Part shown: positions 9,193 to 17,576 of the stretch, piece after piece
Layout: every line of letters begins with the position of its first letter
Position numbering within the stretch: position 1 is the first letter of the stretch
Assembly (NCBI GenBank): GCA_022601635.1
Contig: JAJACG010000032.1
Location: 8,024 to 72,023 of the forward strand
Source of the DNA: Chlamydiales bacterium
GTDB taxonomy: Bacteria > Chlamydiota > Chlamydiia > Chlamydiales > JAAKFR01
Length of the DNA stretch: 64,000 nt
Reading direction: 5' to 3'
Position numbers and translations under genes: made by a program
The notes under the pieces: generated by a model
What the model saw: only the letters and a program-made list of their open reading frames with translations
The model's database searches: none
Told to the model about the DNA's origin: nothing

Positions 9193-10362
9193 ATGAAATT
9201 ACATAAGTCTGGAATCGTTGCTGCAGGTCTTGCATTATTCTCTATGTTCTTTGGAGCAGGAGACTTAATATGGCCCCTCATTTTGGGTGGTCAGATGGGT
9301 TCGCAGATCCCCTATGCATTGGGCGGCTTTTTGGTAACAGCTGTTTCGCTTCCTCTTTTGGGTTTGATAGCGATGATGCTCTTCCAGGGTGATTATGATG
9401 CCTTTTTCTCTCGGGCGGGCCGTCGGATGGGCATTGTATTGCTCTTCTTGATTCAGATGATTTTGGGTCCATTTGGTACCCTGCCGCGCGGATTTGCGTT
9501 GGCACATGCAACACTTTTGCCCTACTTTCCTGACCTATCACTGCTTACTTTTAGCTTGATTTCGGCTGTGGTTATCTTGGTAATGGCTTATAAGAAGAAT
9601 AGCATTGTAGACATTGTAGGAATATTCTTAGCTCCAGTCTTGCTGCTTTCATTGGGTGCGATTATTTTACTCGGTTTTTGGCACCATCCAGCTGCGCCAT
9701 TGAATGATACATCGTCGGTCCATGCAGCTTTAACTGGTTTAAGCACGGGCTATAATACGCTAGATATGATTGCCTCATTTATCTTTGCTCCTCTGGTTTT
9801 TAGCTACTTTAAGCATGATGAGACTACGCAGAACAGCTTAGAGGCTCGGCGCCATATCTTCAAGAAGATGACGCTCTCCTGCATGATTGCTGGTGGCCTC
9901 TTGATTTTGATGTTTGCTAGCTTGTCGCTTTTGGGTGCTTACTACAGGCATACGCTTGGAGCACATACACCGGAGCAGAGTTTGGGTCTAATTGCGATTA
10001 GACTGCTTGGCACGAAGGGAGCGCTTTTCTCATGTATTGCAATTGCGCTTTCTTGTTTGACTACGGCAATTCCAGTAGCGGCAATTTCTGGTGAGTATAT
10101 CAAAAAGACTTTTATGAAGAAGAGTCGGGTCAGCGGCTTGGTGCCTTTGGCTATTCCACTACTGATCTCTGTATTGTTAACAAACTTGGGCTTTATGGGT
10201 ATTGCTTCGATGTTGGAGCCGATCTTACAAATTATGTGTCCAGGTTTGATCATTCTCTGTATTTTGAACGTCTTCCATAAGCTTTATGATATGAAGATGA
10301 GGACACTGCCTATCTTTGCTGCGTTTGTCATTTCATTTGCCGGCTTCTTTATTGCTCGATAA
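9193..10362 (+). CDS. brnQ: Branched-chain amino acid transport carrier (LIVCS family)
   Basis: 389 aa and polytopic. The N-terminus GLALFSMFFGAGDLIWPLILGGQMG is typical of BrnQ. Confidence 0.85.
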   Translation: MKLHKSGIVAAGLALFSMFFGAGDLIWPLILGGQMGSQIPYALGGFLVTAVSLPLLGLIAMMLFQGDYDAFFSRAGRRMGIVLLFLIQMILGPFGTLPRGFALAHATLLPYFPDLSLLTFSLISAVVILVMAYKKNSIVDIVGIFLAPVLLLSLGAIILLGFWHHPAAPLNDTSSVHAALTGLSTGYNTLDMIASFIFAPLVFSYFKHDETTQNSLEARRHIFKKMTLSCMIAGGLLILMFASLSLLGAYYRHTLGAHTPEQSLGLIAIRLLGTKGALFSCIAIALSCLTTAIPVAAISGEYIKKTFMKKSRVSGLVPLAIPLLISVLLTNLGFMGIASMLEPILQIMCPGLIILCILNVFHKLYDMKMRTLPIFAAFVISFAGFFIAR

Positions 10363-10385
10363 GAAGAGATGCACTGCGCTCTCAT

Positions 10386-11516
10386 TCACCAGCGCATTAG
10401 AGACTTTAACACTGATGAAAAATTGTCGATGTTGTGGTAGTTCAGGTAGTGTTGCTGCATCTTCTCTAATTTGTCTAACACCTTTTGATTGTCTGCTAGC
10501 TTGGCGATCTGCTCGATCGAAGTGAAGTCAACGATGAGTTCGCTTAGGTTGTGCTTTTCAAGCTCTGCTGCCATCCATGTTCCCTCTCTTACGACTGCAA
10601 TCTTTCCAGCTGAGATCGCCTCTACAAAGGGGCCGGAGGTGCGGGATGCATAGGCATTGGCATCATAGGGAAGTAGCAAGATATCGCTTTTTGCAAGCTG
10701 TTCAACATATTGCTCGCGCGTTAGCTCTGGCAGGTAGTTGATGCCAGGTGCTTTGAGATTGCCTGCAATGGGAGCATTTTGTGCTAGCTGTAAGATGGTG
10801 GCAATCCCCTTTTCTAAACGAGGAGGGCCTGGCCACCAAAAAGTTGGATTTTTGCTACTAACAGGTTTGGCTTTGATAGCCGTTGTGTGAGGAATGGGAA
10901 GTACATTTTGGCTGATTCGCTCACTATCAGAGACAATGGTAACACCACGCCAGCGAAGCAGTCGTTTCAATACTGTTTCGATATCCCGTTTTTCCGGAAA
11001 ACGGAAGAGCAGAATAAGCCGATCCCCTCTTTTTAGAAAGAGTGATGCCATTGCAATCGCCATCAGCTCTCGTAAAGGAATGGTTTCAAGAAAAAAGGTA
11101 GCCCTTTCCTTTGACTTATAGAAAAGGCGAACATAGTCAAAAAAGCGACCAGCTACACTTCGAGCGAGAGTTGGCACCCATGGTTTCTTAGTACTCTTTT
11201 CCTTAGAGAGATACTGAATAACTCGGTTATTAGAGATTCTGCCAAGATTTGTGACGTTGGGAAATTCGGAGCCTGACGCTAACCCCTTGTGGGTTAGTGA
11301 AGGCGAGAATGATGCAGCGGCGTGAAGATTGGCGGAAGATTCAATGAGCGAGTTATTCAGTGTCTCCCTAAGAGTAAGCCCTACAAATTGCATGCCTAGC
11401 AGTTCACATGCATTAGCCAGCTGGCCTTGATAGGCAAGTCCATGACCCATCTCAAAATCGTAGGGGATCAAAGAGTAAAACTTTTCTTTGGACACTACAT
11501 TATCCCTTCTTGGCAA
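10386..11516 (-). CDS. Glycosyltransferase-like protein (GT-B C-terminal half) carrying a 57-codon in-frame insertion of a palindromic repeat element
   Basis: 376 aa. The C-terminal ILLLPYDANAYASRTSGPFVEAISAGKIAVVREGTW resembles the GT1/GT4 donor-binding region. Residues 49-105 are encoded by repeat copy 11202..11372. It could be a tolerated insertion or a young pseudogene. Confidence 0.6.
   Translation of the reverse strand: MPRRDNVVSKEKFYSLIPYDFEMGHGLAYQGQLANACELLGMQFVGLTLRETLNNSLIESSANLHAAASFSPSLTHKGLASGSEFPNVTNLGRISNNRVIQYLSKEKSTKKPWVPTLARSVAGRFFDYVRLFYKSKERATFFLETIPLRELMAIAMASLFLKRGDRLILLFRFPEKRDIETVLKRLLRWRGVTIVSDSERISQNVLPIPHTTAIKAKPVSSKNPTFWWPGPPRLEKGIATILQLAQNAPIAGNLKAPGINYLPELTREQYVEQLAKSDILLLPYDANAYASRTSGPFVEAISAGKIAVVREGTWMAAELEKHNLSELIVDFTSIEQIAKLADNQKVLDKLEKMQQHYLNYHNIDNFSSVLKSLMRW
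11202..11372 (+). mobile_element. Palindromic MITE-like element, full-length copy A (171 bp), intragenic and in frame
   Basis: Terminal inverted repeats are CTTAGAGAGATACTGAATAACTCG and CGAGTTATTCAGTGTCTCCCTAAG. The core GGGAAATTCGGAGCCTGACGCTAACCCCTTGTGGGTTAG is shared with the copies at 18418 and 50005. Confidence 0.85.
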
Positions 11517-12324
11517 AATAAATAGGGCTTAAGTAGCCTCCCCTCTTTTTAGCTTCTTCTAGATCTAAGAACTCAAGACAGCCGCAAAAATCTGGCTCAC
11601 AGGAATTGCTAAAAATTTGATGCACAACATCCACCCCCTTTTCCTTTAGGAGACTTCTAACAACAGTCTCTTCAAGAGAATTGACTTCGAAAACATACTT
11701 TTCTACCGCCAGATCTCGATTCCCCAATAGCCATCTAAGGATAAATCGCTTTATGGGATAAGGCACTTGTCGTCCTAAAAAACGTCTAAATGATTTTAGA
11801 CGGCTGCATAAAAACATTGATGGAATTTGCATGATTAATGATCCACCAGGCTTCAAAATACGACCAAATTCTTTGATATAGGAAATCTGTTGCTGCCTTC
11901 CAATATGCTGTAACACAATACTGCTATAAATAAAATCAATCGAGTTATCGGAAATTACGGAGAGATCCGACTTAGGATTATGGATAAATTCAATATTCTG
12001 CTTATCACATGAAGCTTGTGCCTCATCAAGCATTCCCTGAGCTATGTCTACAGCAATAACCTTATGAAAGCAGGGTGACAATGCTAAAGAAAGCCGTCCC
12101 ACCCCACAGCCAAAGTCTAAAGCAGTCCCTGTAAATTCCACGGGCAGTCTATTTTGAGTGATGTACTGTCTTAATAGCTTAATCTCCTGCACACCTGTTG
12201 CAAAAAACTCCTCACGATTCCAAGCACCACTCTGGTGCTTCGATGAACTCAGGACAGCCCAATATGGATCTACCGATGCGTTCTGTTCCCACTCTTTCGC
12301 ATACTTTTCAACTGTCTTCATCAC
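11500..12324 (-). CDS. Class I SAM-dependent methyltransferase
   Basis: 274 aa with motif [16 protein letters not shown] and post-[12 protein letters not shown]. It overlaps both neighbouring genes by a few nt, which suggests an operon. Confidence 0.8.
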   Translation of the reverse strand: MMKTVEKYAKEWEQNASVDPYWAVLSSSKHQSGAWNREEFFATGVQEIKLLRQYITQNRLPVEFTGTALDFGCGVGRLSLALSPCFHKVIAVDIAQGMLDEAQASCDKQNIEFIHNPKSDLSVISDNSIDFIYSSIVLQHIGRQQQISYIKEFGRILKPGGSLIMQIPSMFLCSRLKSFRRFLGRQVPYPIKRFILRWLLGNRDLAVEKYVFEVNSLEETVVRSLLKEKGVDVVHQIFSNSCEPDFCGCLEFLDLEEAKKRGGYLSPIYFAKKG

Positions 12325-12794
12325 TCACTTACCGTAACAATACAGATACATTGAACACCATCACCACGGCCAAAATCTGTCAGCCGCTCTCCACTTGTTG
12401 CCGTCAATCCCACACTCTCAACAGAAATGTGGCACGCCTTTGCAATTGACTCTCTCACCTCCATATTCTTCTTCAAAATATGCGGCCGTGCACACTCCAG
12501 TGTGATCGCAATATGCTCAATTGACCCCTTCAAACTCTTCAACGCCTCCTCTAAATAGACCACGCTATCTGTAATACCGCGCGTTTCAAGAAGCCTGTCT
12601 GCCACATCCCCAAGAATGATCACGCCAGTAATCGAAGAGATCGCATTGCAAATAGCATGGAAGATCACATCACCATCAGAGTTAGCCTTAAAACCAGGCA
12701 CACCATCGAAGATCACCCCCCCAATGATACAAGGTTTGGTCCCCTCTTGCATAAAACGGTGGCTGTCTTGGCCAATACCAGTACGAAATCTCAT
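12321..12794 (-). CDS. ispF: 2-C-methyl-D-erythritol 2,4-cyclodiphosphate synthase
   Basis: [14 protein letters not shown]...[19 protein letters not shown] is the IspF signature. ATG 12794 is chosen over the 11-codon upstream extension of ORF 12321..12827. Confidence 0.9.
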   Translation of the reverse strand: MRFRTGIGQDSHRFMQEGTKPCIIGGVIFDGVPGFKANSDGDVIFHAICNAISSITGVIILGDVADRLLETRGITDSVVYLEEALKSLKGSIEHIAITLECARPHILKKNMEVRESIAKACHISVESVGLTATSGERLTDFGRGDGVQCICIVTVSE

Positions 12795-12814
12795 AAACTC
12801 ACAATAACGAAGGC

Positions 12815-12853
12815 AAAAAAAAACCACCAGCCCTTAGAGCTGGTGGCTTTTTG
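12815..12853 (-). terminator. Rho-independent terminator downstream of omcB (bidirectional architecture)
   Basis: The stem CCACCAGC / GCTGGTGG (12824..12831 and 12839..12846) has a 7-nt loop. It is flanked by A9 on one side and T5 on the other. On the minus strand the hairpin is followed by T9. Confidence 0.7.
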
Positions 12854-12870
12854 ATCTCAACTTTTACCTG

Positions 12871-14493
12871 TTAGTAAACGTGAGTGCTCTCAGTGTCGAT
12901 CACCGGAGTGTTCAAGTTGTCAGACGAAAGCTTCGCCTCACCACGCGCATCACCAGGAGAGACCCCCTTCACAGTGATACAGAACTCTACCGACTGCTTC
13001 GGCGCCAAGTGCTCAATTGGTGCAAACTCAACAGTCTGACCAGAGATCGTGCCATGAGATGGACCCATCGCCTTTTCTGGCTTCAACTGATCAGTGAATG
13101 TCACACTCAACTTCACATTGGTATCTTCAGCAGAACCGCGGTTAGTCACACAGATGCGGTATTGAGCCGTGTCGCCAATGCAAACAGGATCTTTCGTATC
13201 TACCATGCACATATGTGTCGCAGCAATACCCTTCCAAAGAGTTGTCGCCTCAGCCTCACATGCACAAGGTCCGCAATCAGATTGGCTACATACAGTCACT
13301 CTGTTGGTCAACTTACCAGGCATTTGAGAACGCACAGAAAGCTTGAATGTCTTGCTCTCTCCAGGGCAAAGCTTTGGCAAACACCACTTCGCTCTGTTAC
13401 AGCAAATCTCAGCACCTTTCGCCTCAACAATTGTTGTGCCATTAGCAGAGATATCATCCACAATCACATCATGCAGTACAATACCACCTGGGTTTTTCAC
13501 CACAATTGTGTACTCAACAGTCTTACAGATATACGCCCAATCTGGACCAGTTTTCGTCACCTCAACACATGGCTGATTGATCATTGTTGTCGCCTCTGCT
13601 GAACACTTAGGTCCACCACAGTAACTCACAGTCGCTGTGTTTGTCACACAACCCTCATTCATCGCTGTGAAATCAACGCAGATACGCTTACAATCACCTG
13701 GACAAACTGTTCCAAGATCCCATGTTAGGCACTTCATACCACTCTCATGGCAGAGACCGTCTGGTACCTGATCCTGTACAACAACATCATAAGCAGGCGC
13801 TGAACCTGAATTCGTCACCTCAATCAAGTAGCTCACTGGGCAGTTAATGCAACCACACTCAGGACCACTCTTGTTGATGCAAATCACCGGCTGAGCACAG
13901 TTGGTGTAAGCACACAGCTGCGGACATGCACAAACTGTAGCAGCCGCCAAACAGCAGCCCTCTTTCATTGGACGAATCCATACACACACCTTCTGAGTCT
14001 CACCCATCTTCATATGGGGGAACTCCCAACGTAGCTGATTCTTCTCATCAGGCTTAGCTGGTGGATCACTCTTTACAAACTCAGAATCGCAAGGAAGCGT
14101 CTGATGTACAACAACATCTGCACACTCTTTTCTCGCTGTGATCATGATCTCTACAGGATAAGGCGAACCCACTGTAGCAACCTCAGGAGCTCTTTGGCAA
14201 AGCTCCACAACACAGTCGTCATTTGTGCGATAAGATGTCATTTTCCCATAGCAGCGATCCTCACTCGGAGCATCACAAGATCCATCTGCGCAAGGATAAA
14301 CAGAATTGCCATCAGGTGCGCAAGGCTTCGCGCCTGAAGAGCATGGCTTCTCGCATGGGCTGCACATCTCAGGTGGACATGACATTTTGCCAGATGGGAA
14401 AAGGCAATCACACCAACTCCCACTACAGCCTGCTAAGAAAAAGAGACTCGAAAATGCGAGTCCACTCATTAGGGTACGTATGGTCTTCACCAT
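12871..14493 (-). CDS. omcB: Large cysteine-rich outer-membrane-complex protein OmcB (60-kDa CRP)
   Basis: 540 aa and very Cys-rich. It has a lipoprotein-type signal (SLFFLAGC) and repeated DUF11-like beta domains (YLIEVTNSGSAPAYDVVVQDQVPDGL; YTIVVKNPGGIVLHDVIVDD; YRICVTNRGSAEDTNVKL). omcA lies immediately upstream. Confidence 0.95.
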   Translation of the reverse strand: MVKTIRTLMSGLAFSSLFFLAGCSGSWCDCLFPSGKMSCPPEMCSPCEKPCSSGAKPCAPDGNSVYPCADGSCDAPSEDRCYGKMTSYRTNDDCVVELCQRAPEVATVGSPYPVEIMITARKECADVVVHQTLPCDSEFVKSDPPAKPDEKNQLRWEFPHMKMGETQKVCVWIRPMKEGCCLAAATVCACPQLCAYTNCAQPVICINKSGPECGCINCPVSYLIEVTNSGSAPAYDVVVQDQVPDGLCHESGMKCLTWDLGTVCPGDCKRICVDFTAMNEGCVTNTATVSYCGGPKCSAEATTMINQPCVEVTKTGPDWAYICKTVEYTIVVKNPGGIVLHDVIVDDISANGTTIVEAKGAEICCNRAKWCLPKLCPGESKTFKLSVRSQMPGKLTNRVTVCSQSDCGPCACEAEATTLWKGIAATHMCMVDTKDPVCIGDTAQYRICVTNRGSAEDTNVKLSVTFTDQLKPEKAMGPSHGTISGQTVEFAPIEHLAPKQSVEFCITVKGVSPGDARGEAKLSSDNLNTPVIDTESTHVY

Positions 14494-14601
14494 CTCAAAC
14501 TCCAGTTGTTCATTCCGTTTCCAGAATCATTTTTAAAAAACCACTGACCTAAGTCGTGTTTGCCTGCAGCAAACAGGACTCAGTCAATGAAATAACCCAA
14601 A

Positions 14602-14624
14602 TGTCGAGACCAAAGGTCTCGACA
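14602..14624 (-). terminator. Intergenic hairpin after omcA (candidate partial terminator/attenuator within the omcA-omcB unit)
   Basis: A perfect 10-bp stem TGTCGAGACC-AAA-GGTCTCGACA lies 20 nt after the omcA stop. On the minus strand it is followed by TTTGGGTTATTT. A second hairpin, TGTTTGC-CTGCA-GCAAACA, is at 14557..14575. Confidence 0.5.
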
Positions 14625-14643
14625 CTCGGGAAGTTTTAGCCGT

Positions 14644-14928
14644 TTACTTGCACTTAGGCATGCAAGGTGAGCAGCTACGCTCTTTACAAGTTGGCTTGCA
14701 GCGTGGCTGCTTGCAGCATGGCTCGCACTTAGGCTTCGCACATGGCGCGCATTTCTTTGGGGCACATGGCTTGCACTCATTCTTAGGTGCACAAGACTTA
14801 CCACAATCACTACCGGCTGTGAACCAATTACATGGATCGCAAAAGCAATCGCAGAAATTGCTACAACCAGCTAAGCTGAACGCACCTACAATAAATAGAG
14901 CTGCGAAAGCAGTTTTCAAGTGTTTCAT
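14644..14928 (-). CDS. omcA: Small cysteine-rich outer-membrane lipoprotein OmcA (9-kDa CRP-like)
   Basis: 94 aa from ATG 14928, preceded by AAGGAG. It has the lipobox FSLAGC followed by an extremely Cys/Pro/Lys-rich sequence (CAPKNECKPCAPKKCAPCAKPKCEPCC). The longer track ORF to 15060 has no support. Confidence 0.85.
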   Translation of the reverse strand: MKHLKTAFAALFIVGAFSLAGCSNFCDCFCDPCNWFTAGSDCGKSCAPKNECKPCAPKKCAPCAKPKCEPCCKQPRCKPTCKERSCSPCMPKCK

Positions 14929-14967
14929 ATGAAACTCCTTATGTTGTTCAAGAAGCATTTCCTTTTT

Positions 14968-14981
14968 CCGGGTATACCCGG
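14968..14981. promoter_or_regulatory. Perfect 14-bp palindrome about 40 nt upstream of the omcA start (candidate operator)
   Basis: CCGGGTATACCCGG is self-complementary and lies in the omcA 5' region. Its function is not established. Confidence 0.3.
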
Positions 14982-15195
14982 TACCTGCACACATCCTATG
15001 TACAGCAGTTACACCTCCATTATCCCGACGATTCCAATATATAATCAAACTTTTTTTCACCTAATAAACTAAAATGAAAAGCACCGTTAAGCAATTAACT
15101 TGTTTTCTATTGTATATTAAATGGTTACGCCTCTTTAACAAATGTTCACACTTTTGAAGTTTGCATTTCATTCCGATTTGCTTATACTTTCCTGT

Positions 15196-15237
15196 TATAG
15201 AGATACTGAATAACCGAGTTATTCAGTGTTTCCCTAA
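15196..15237 (+). repeat. Internally deleted mini-copy B of the palindromic element (termini only)
   Basis: TTATAGAGATACTGAATAAC-CG-AGTTATTCAGTGTTTCCCTAA forms a hairpin with a perfect 10-bp stem. It ends 15 nt before the murA ATG. Confidence 0.7.
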
Positions 15238-15252
15238 TCAAAGGTTCCAAAA

Positions 15253-16641
15253 ATGGATGTAATTGAAGTCAAAGGTGGAGCGAAGTTAAAGGGTTCAGTC
15301 AGAGCGGCTGGAGCAAAAAATGCGATGACCAAACTGTTAGTTGCCTCTTTGCTCTCTGACAAGAAGTCAATTTTCTACAATGTGCCTAATATTGGAGATG
15401 TTGAGATCACCGTCAATCTCTGTAAAGAGATTGGTTCTGAGGTTCATTGGGACAGAGATAAGCGCATCATAGAAATCCAAACCAAAGAGTTGAAGACCTC
15501 CTATATTCCGCAGCGCTTCTGCGGCGCTAACCGTATCCCAATCTTGATGATGGGCGCCCTTTTGGGCCGTACCACTGAGGATGTGATGATTCCAACTGTT
15601 GGGGGTGATGACATCGGAGTGCGCTCTGTTGATTTCCATATCGAGGCGCTACAAAAGCTGGGCGCTACAATTGAGTTTCGCCAGATGCGCAAAGAGGGCG
15701 CCTACTTGGGCCATGCGCATAATGGTCTTAGTGGCAATCATATCCACCTACCCTATCCTTCGATTGGTGCCACGGAGAACGCCATCTTGGGCGCTGTGCG
15801 CGCTAAAGGGCATACCACAATTACCAACGCTGCAACTGAGCCAGAAATTGTTGATGTCATTCTCTTCTTGCAGAAGATGGGGGCGCACATCCATCTTGAT
15901 GCCAATCGCACCATCCGTATTGAGGGCAATAGTGTCTCTAAAGAGGTAGAACACACAGTCTTAACTGATAGGATTGAGGCAGCCTCATGGGGTATGGTAG
16001 CCATTGCCTCTCAGGGACGTGTCTTTGTAGAGAGAGCTCAGCATGCACCGATGCTCACCTTCTTGAACCGCATTCGTGACATTGGCGGTGGCTTCCAAGT
16101 CCGCGAAGATGGCATAGAATTCTTCTATGATGGCCCCCTCAAGGGCGGCGCTCACATTGAAACCGATGTCCACCCAGGCTTCATGACTGATTGGCAGCAG
16201 CCCTTCGGTGTACTGCTCACACAGGCGCAAGGCACCTCTGTTGTGCATGAGACAGTCTATGATAACCGTTTTGGCTACACCTTGACTATAAAAGAGATGG
16301 GAGCTGATATTGAGCTTTTCAAAGAGTGTTTGGGTTCCAAGCCGTGCCGTTTTGCCATGAAAAATTACTATCACAGCATTATTGTGCGCGGCAAGACACA
16401 GCTTGTTGGAAAGGAGATTGCTATTCCCGATCTGCGTGCTGGCTTCGCCTATGTGATGGCTGCGCTGATTGCCAAGGGAACCAGCTACATCAGTGGAGCT
16501 GGCTTCTTAGATCGCGGCTATGAGGAGCTAGTGCCCAAATTGCAGAAACTGGGTGCAGACATCCAAAGAATCCAAACTAAGCCCGATACGACACCCCTCA
16601 AACCGATCCGTCCACCTGCCAAGGTCAAAAGCAAAGTGTAG
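15253..16641 (+). CDS. murA: UDP-N-acetylglucosamine 1-carboxyvinyltransferase
   Basis: 462 aa. KLKGSVRAAGAKNA and PTVGGDDIGVRSVDFHIEAL are present; Asp119 occupies the position of E. coli Cys115. A short Pro/Lys-rich C-terminal tail follows. Confidence 0.95.
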   Translation: MDVIEVKGGAKLKGSVRAAGAKNAMTKLLVASLLSDKKSIFYNVPNIGDVEITVNLCKEIGSEVHWDRDKRIIEIQTKELKTSYIPQRFCGANRIPILMMGALLGRTTEDVMIPTVGGDDIGVRSVDFHIEALQKLGATIEFRQMRKEGAYLGHAHNGLSGNHIHLPYPSIGATENAILGAVRAKGHTTITNAATEPEIVDVILFLQKMGAHIHLDANRTIRIEGNSVSKEVEHTVLTDRIEAASWGMVAIASQGRVFVERAQHAPMLTFLNRIRDIGGGFQVREDGIEFFYDGPLKGGAHIETDVHPGFMTDWQQPFGVLLTQAQGTSVVHETVYDNRFGYTLTIKEMGADIELFKECLGSKPCRFAMKNYYHSIIVRGKTQLVGKEIAIPDLRAGFAYVMAALIAKGTSYISGAGFLDRGYEELVPKLQKLGADIQRIQTKPDTTPLKPIRPPAKVKSKV

Positions 16642-16643
16642 TC

Positions 16644-17576
16644 ATGTGGCGTGAGATCCAACGAACCAACTTTAGAAAACTACAACCTCTTTTAGACTTC
16701 CTAAAATTGGATGATTCTCAGCGTCAGATGGTTGAGAAAAATGATTTTGCATTAAACCTTCCACAGCGTCTAGCTCACAAGATGGAGAAGGGCACCTTAG
16801 ATGATCCTTTGGTGCGTCAATTTTTGCCACTTGTATTAGAAAAAGAGCCGTGTGAGGGTTTTTCATCCAATCCAGTTGGGGATGATCAGGCGAAGTGTGG
16901 GACACGCCTATTGAAAAAGTATCGAAACAGGGCGCTCTTGATGCCAACTGCTGCCTGTGCCATGCACTGCCGCTACTGTTTTAGACGCCACTTTGATTAT
17001 GGAGTGAGTGATCTCTCTAGCGAGATAAAGCAGATTGAGAGCGATAAAGATCTCAATGAGATCATTTTGAGTGGTGGAGATCCTCTTTCACTATCAGATG
17101 ATCGATTAGAGGAGATTTCGGATAAGCTGCCAGCTCATATCAAGAGGCTCCGCTTTCATACACGCTTTCCTGTGGGGATTCCGGAGCGGATTGATGCCTC
17201 ATTTTTAGCCTTCCTCGAGAAGATCTCCCAACAGGTATGGTTTTTGGTGCATATCAACCATGCTAATGAGTTAGATCTGCTTTTTTTTGAGAAGATGAGA
17301 GAGATTGCTCGTTTGGGTATTCCGGTGCTGACGCAGACAGTTTTGTTGAAGGGAGTTAATGACTCAGTCGACTGTTTACAGCGCCTCTTTGAAGAGCTTG
17401 TAGACAATGGGATTCAGCCCTACTACCTGCATCAGCTAGATCGCGTTGAGGGGGCGGTGCACTTTGAGGTAAGTGGTCATGAGTTGATGGAGGAGTTGGC
17501 TAAAAATCTCTCAGGCTATGCGCTTCCAAAATATGTGCGTGAAGTAGCTGGTATGCCCTATAAAGTTCCTCTATGA
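16644..17576 (+). CDS. epmB: KamA-family radical SAM lysine 2,3-aminomutase-like protein (EF-P beta-lysylation, EpmB/YjeK type)
   Basis: 310 aa with the CAMHCRYCFRRH radical-SAM CxxxCxxC cluster and SGGDPLSL. The size and motifs fit EpmB rather than a full KamA. Confidence 0.8.
   Translation: MWREIQRTNFRKLQPLLDFLKLDDSQRQMVEKNDFALNLPQRLAHKMEKGTLDDPLVRQFLPLVLEKEPCEGFSSNPVGDDQAKCGTRLLKKYRNRALLMPTAACAMHCRYCFRRHFDYGVSDLSSEIKQIESDKDLNEIILSGGDPLSLSDDRLEEISDKLPAHIKRLRFHTRFPVGIPERIDASFLAFLEKISQQVWFLVHINHANELDLLFFEKMREIARLGIPVLTQTVLLKGVNDSVDCLQRLFEELVDNGIQPYYLHQLDRVEGAVHFEVSGHELMEELAKNLSGYALPKYVREVAGMPYKVPL

Noticed and set aside
12880-13602. A 240-aa ORF and several 60-110-aa ORFs (13343..13576, 14104..14337, 14223..14552, 14306..14536) antisense to omcB.
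   Set aside because: omcB on the minus strand has unmistakable homology and domain structure. The antisense frames are low-complexity, Arg/Ser/Leu-rich, have no RBS, and are the expected by-product of a long, compositionally biased CDS.
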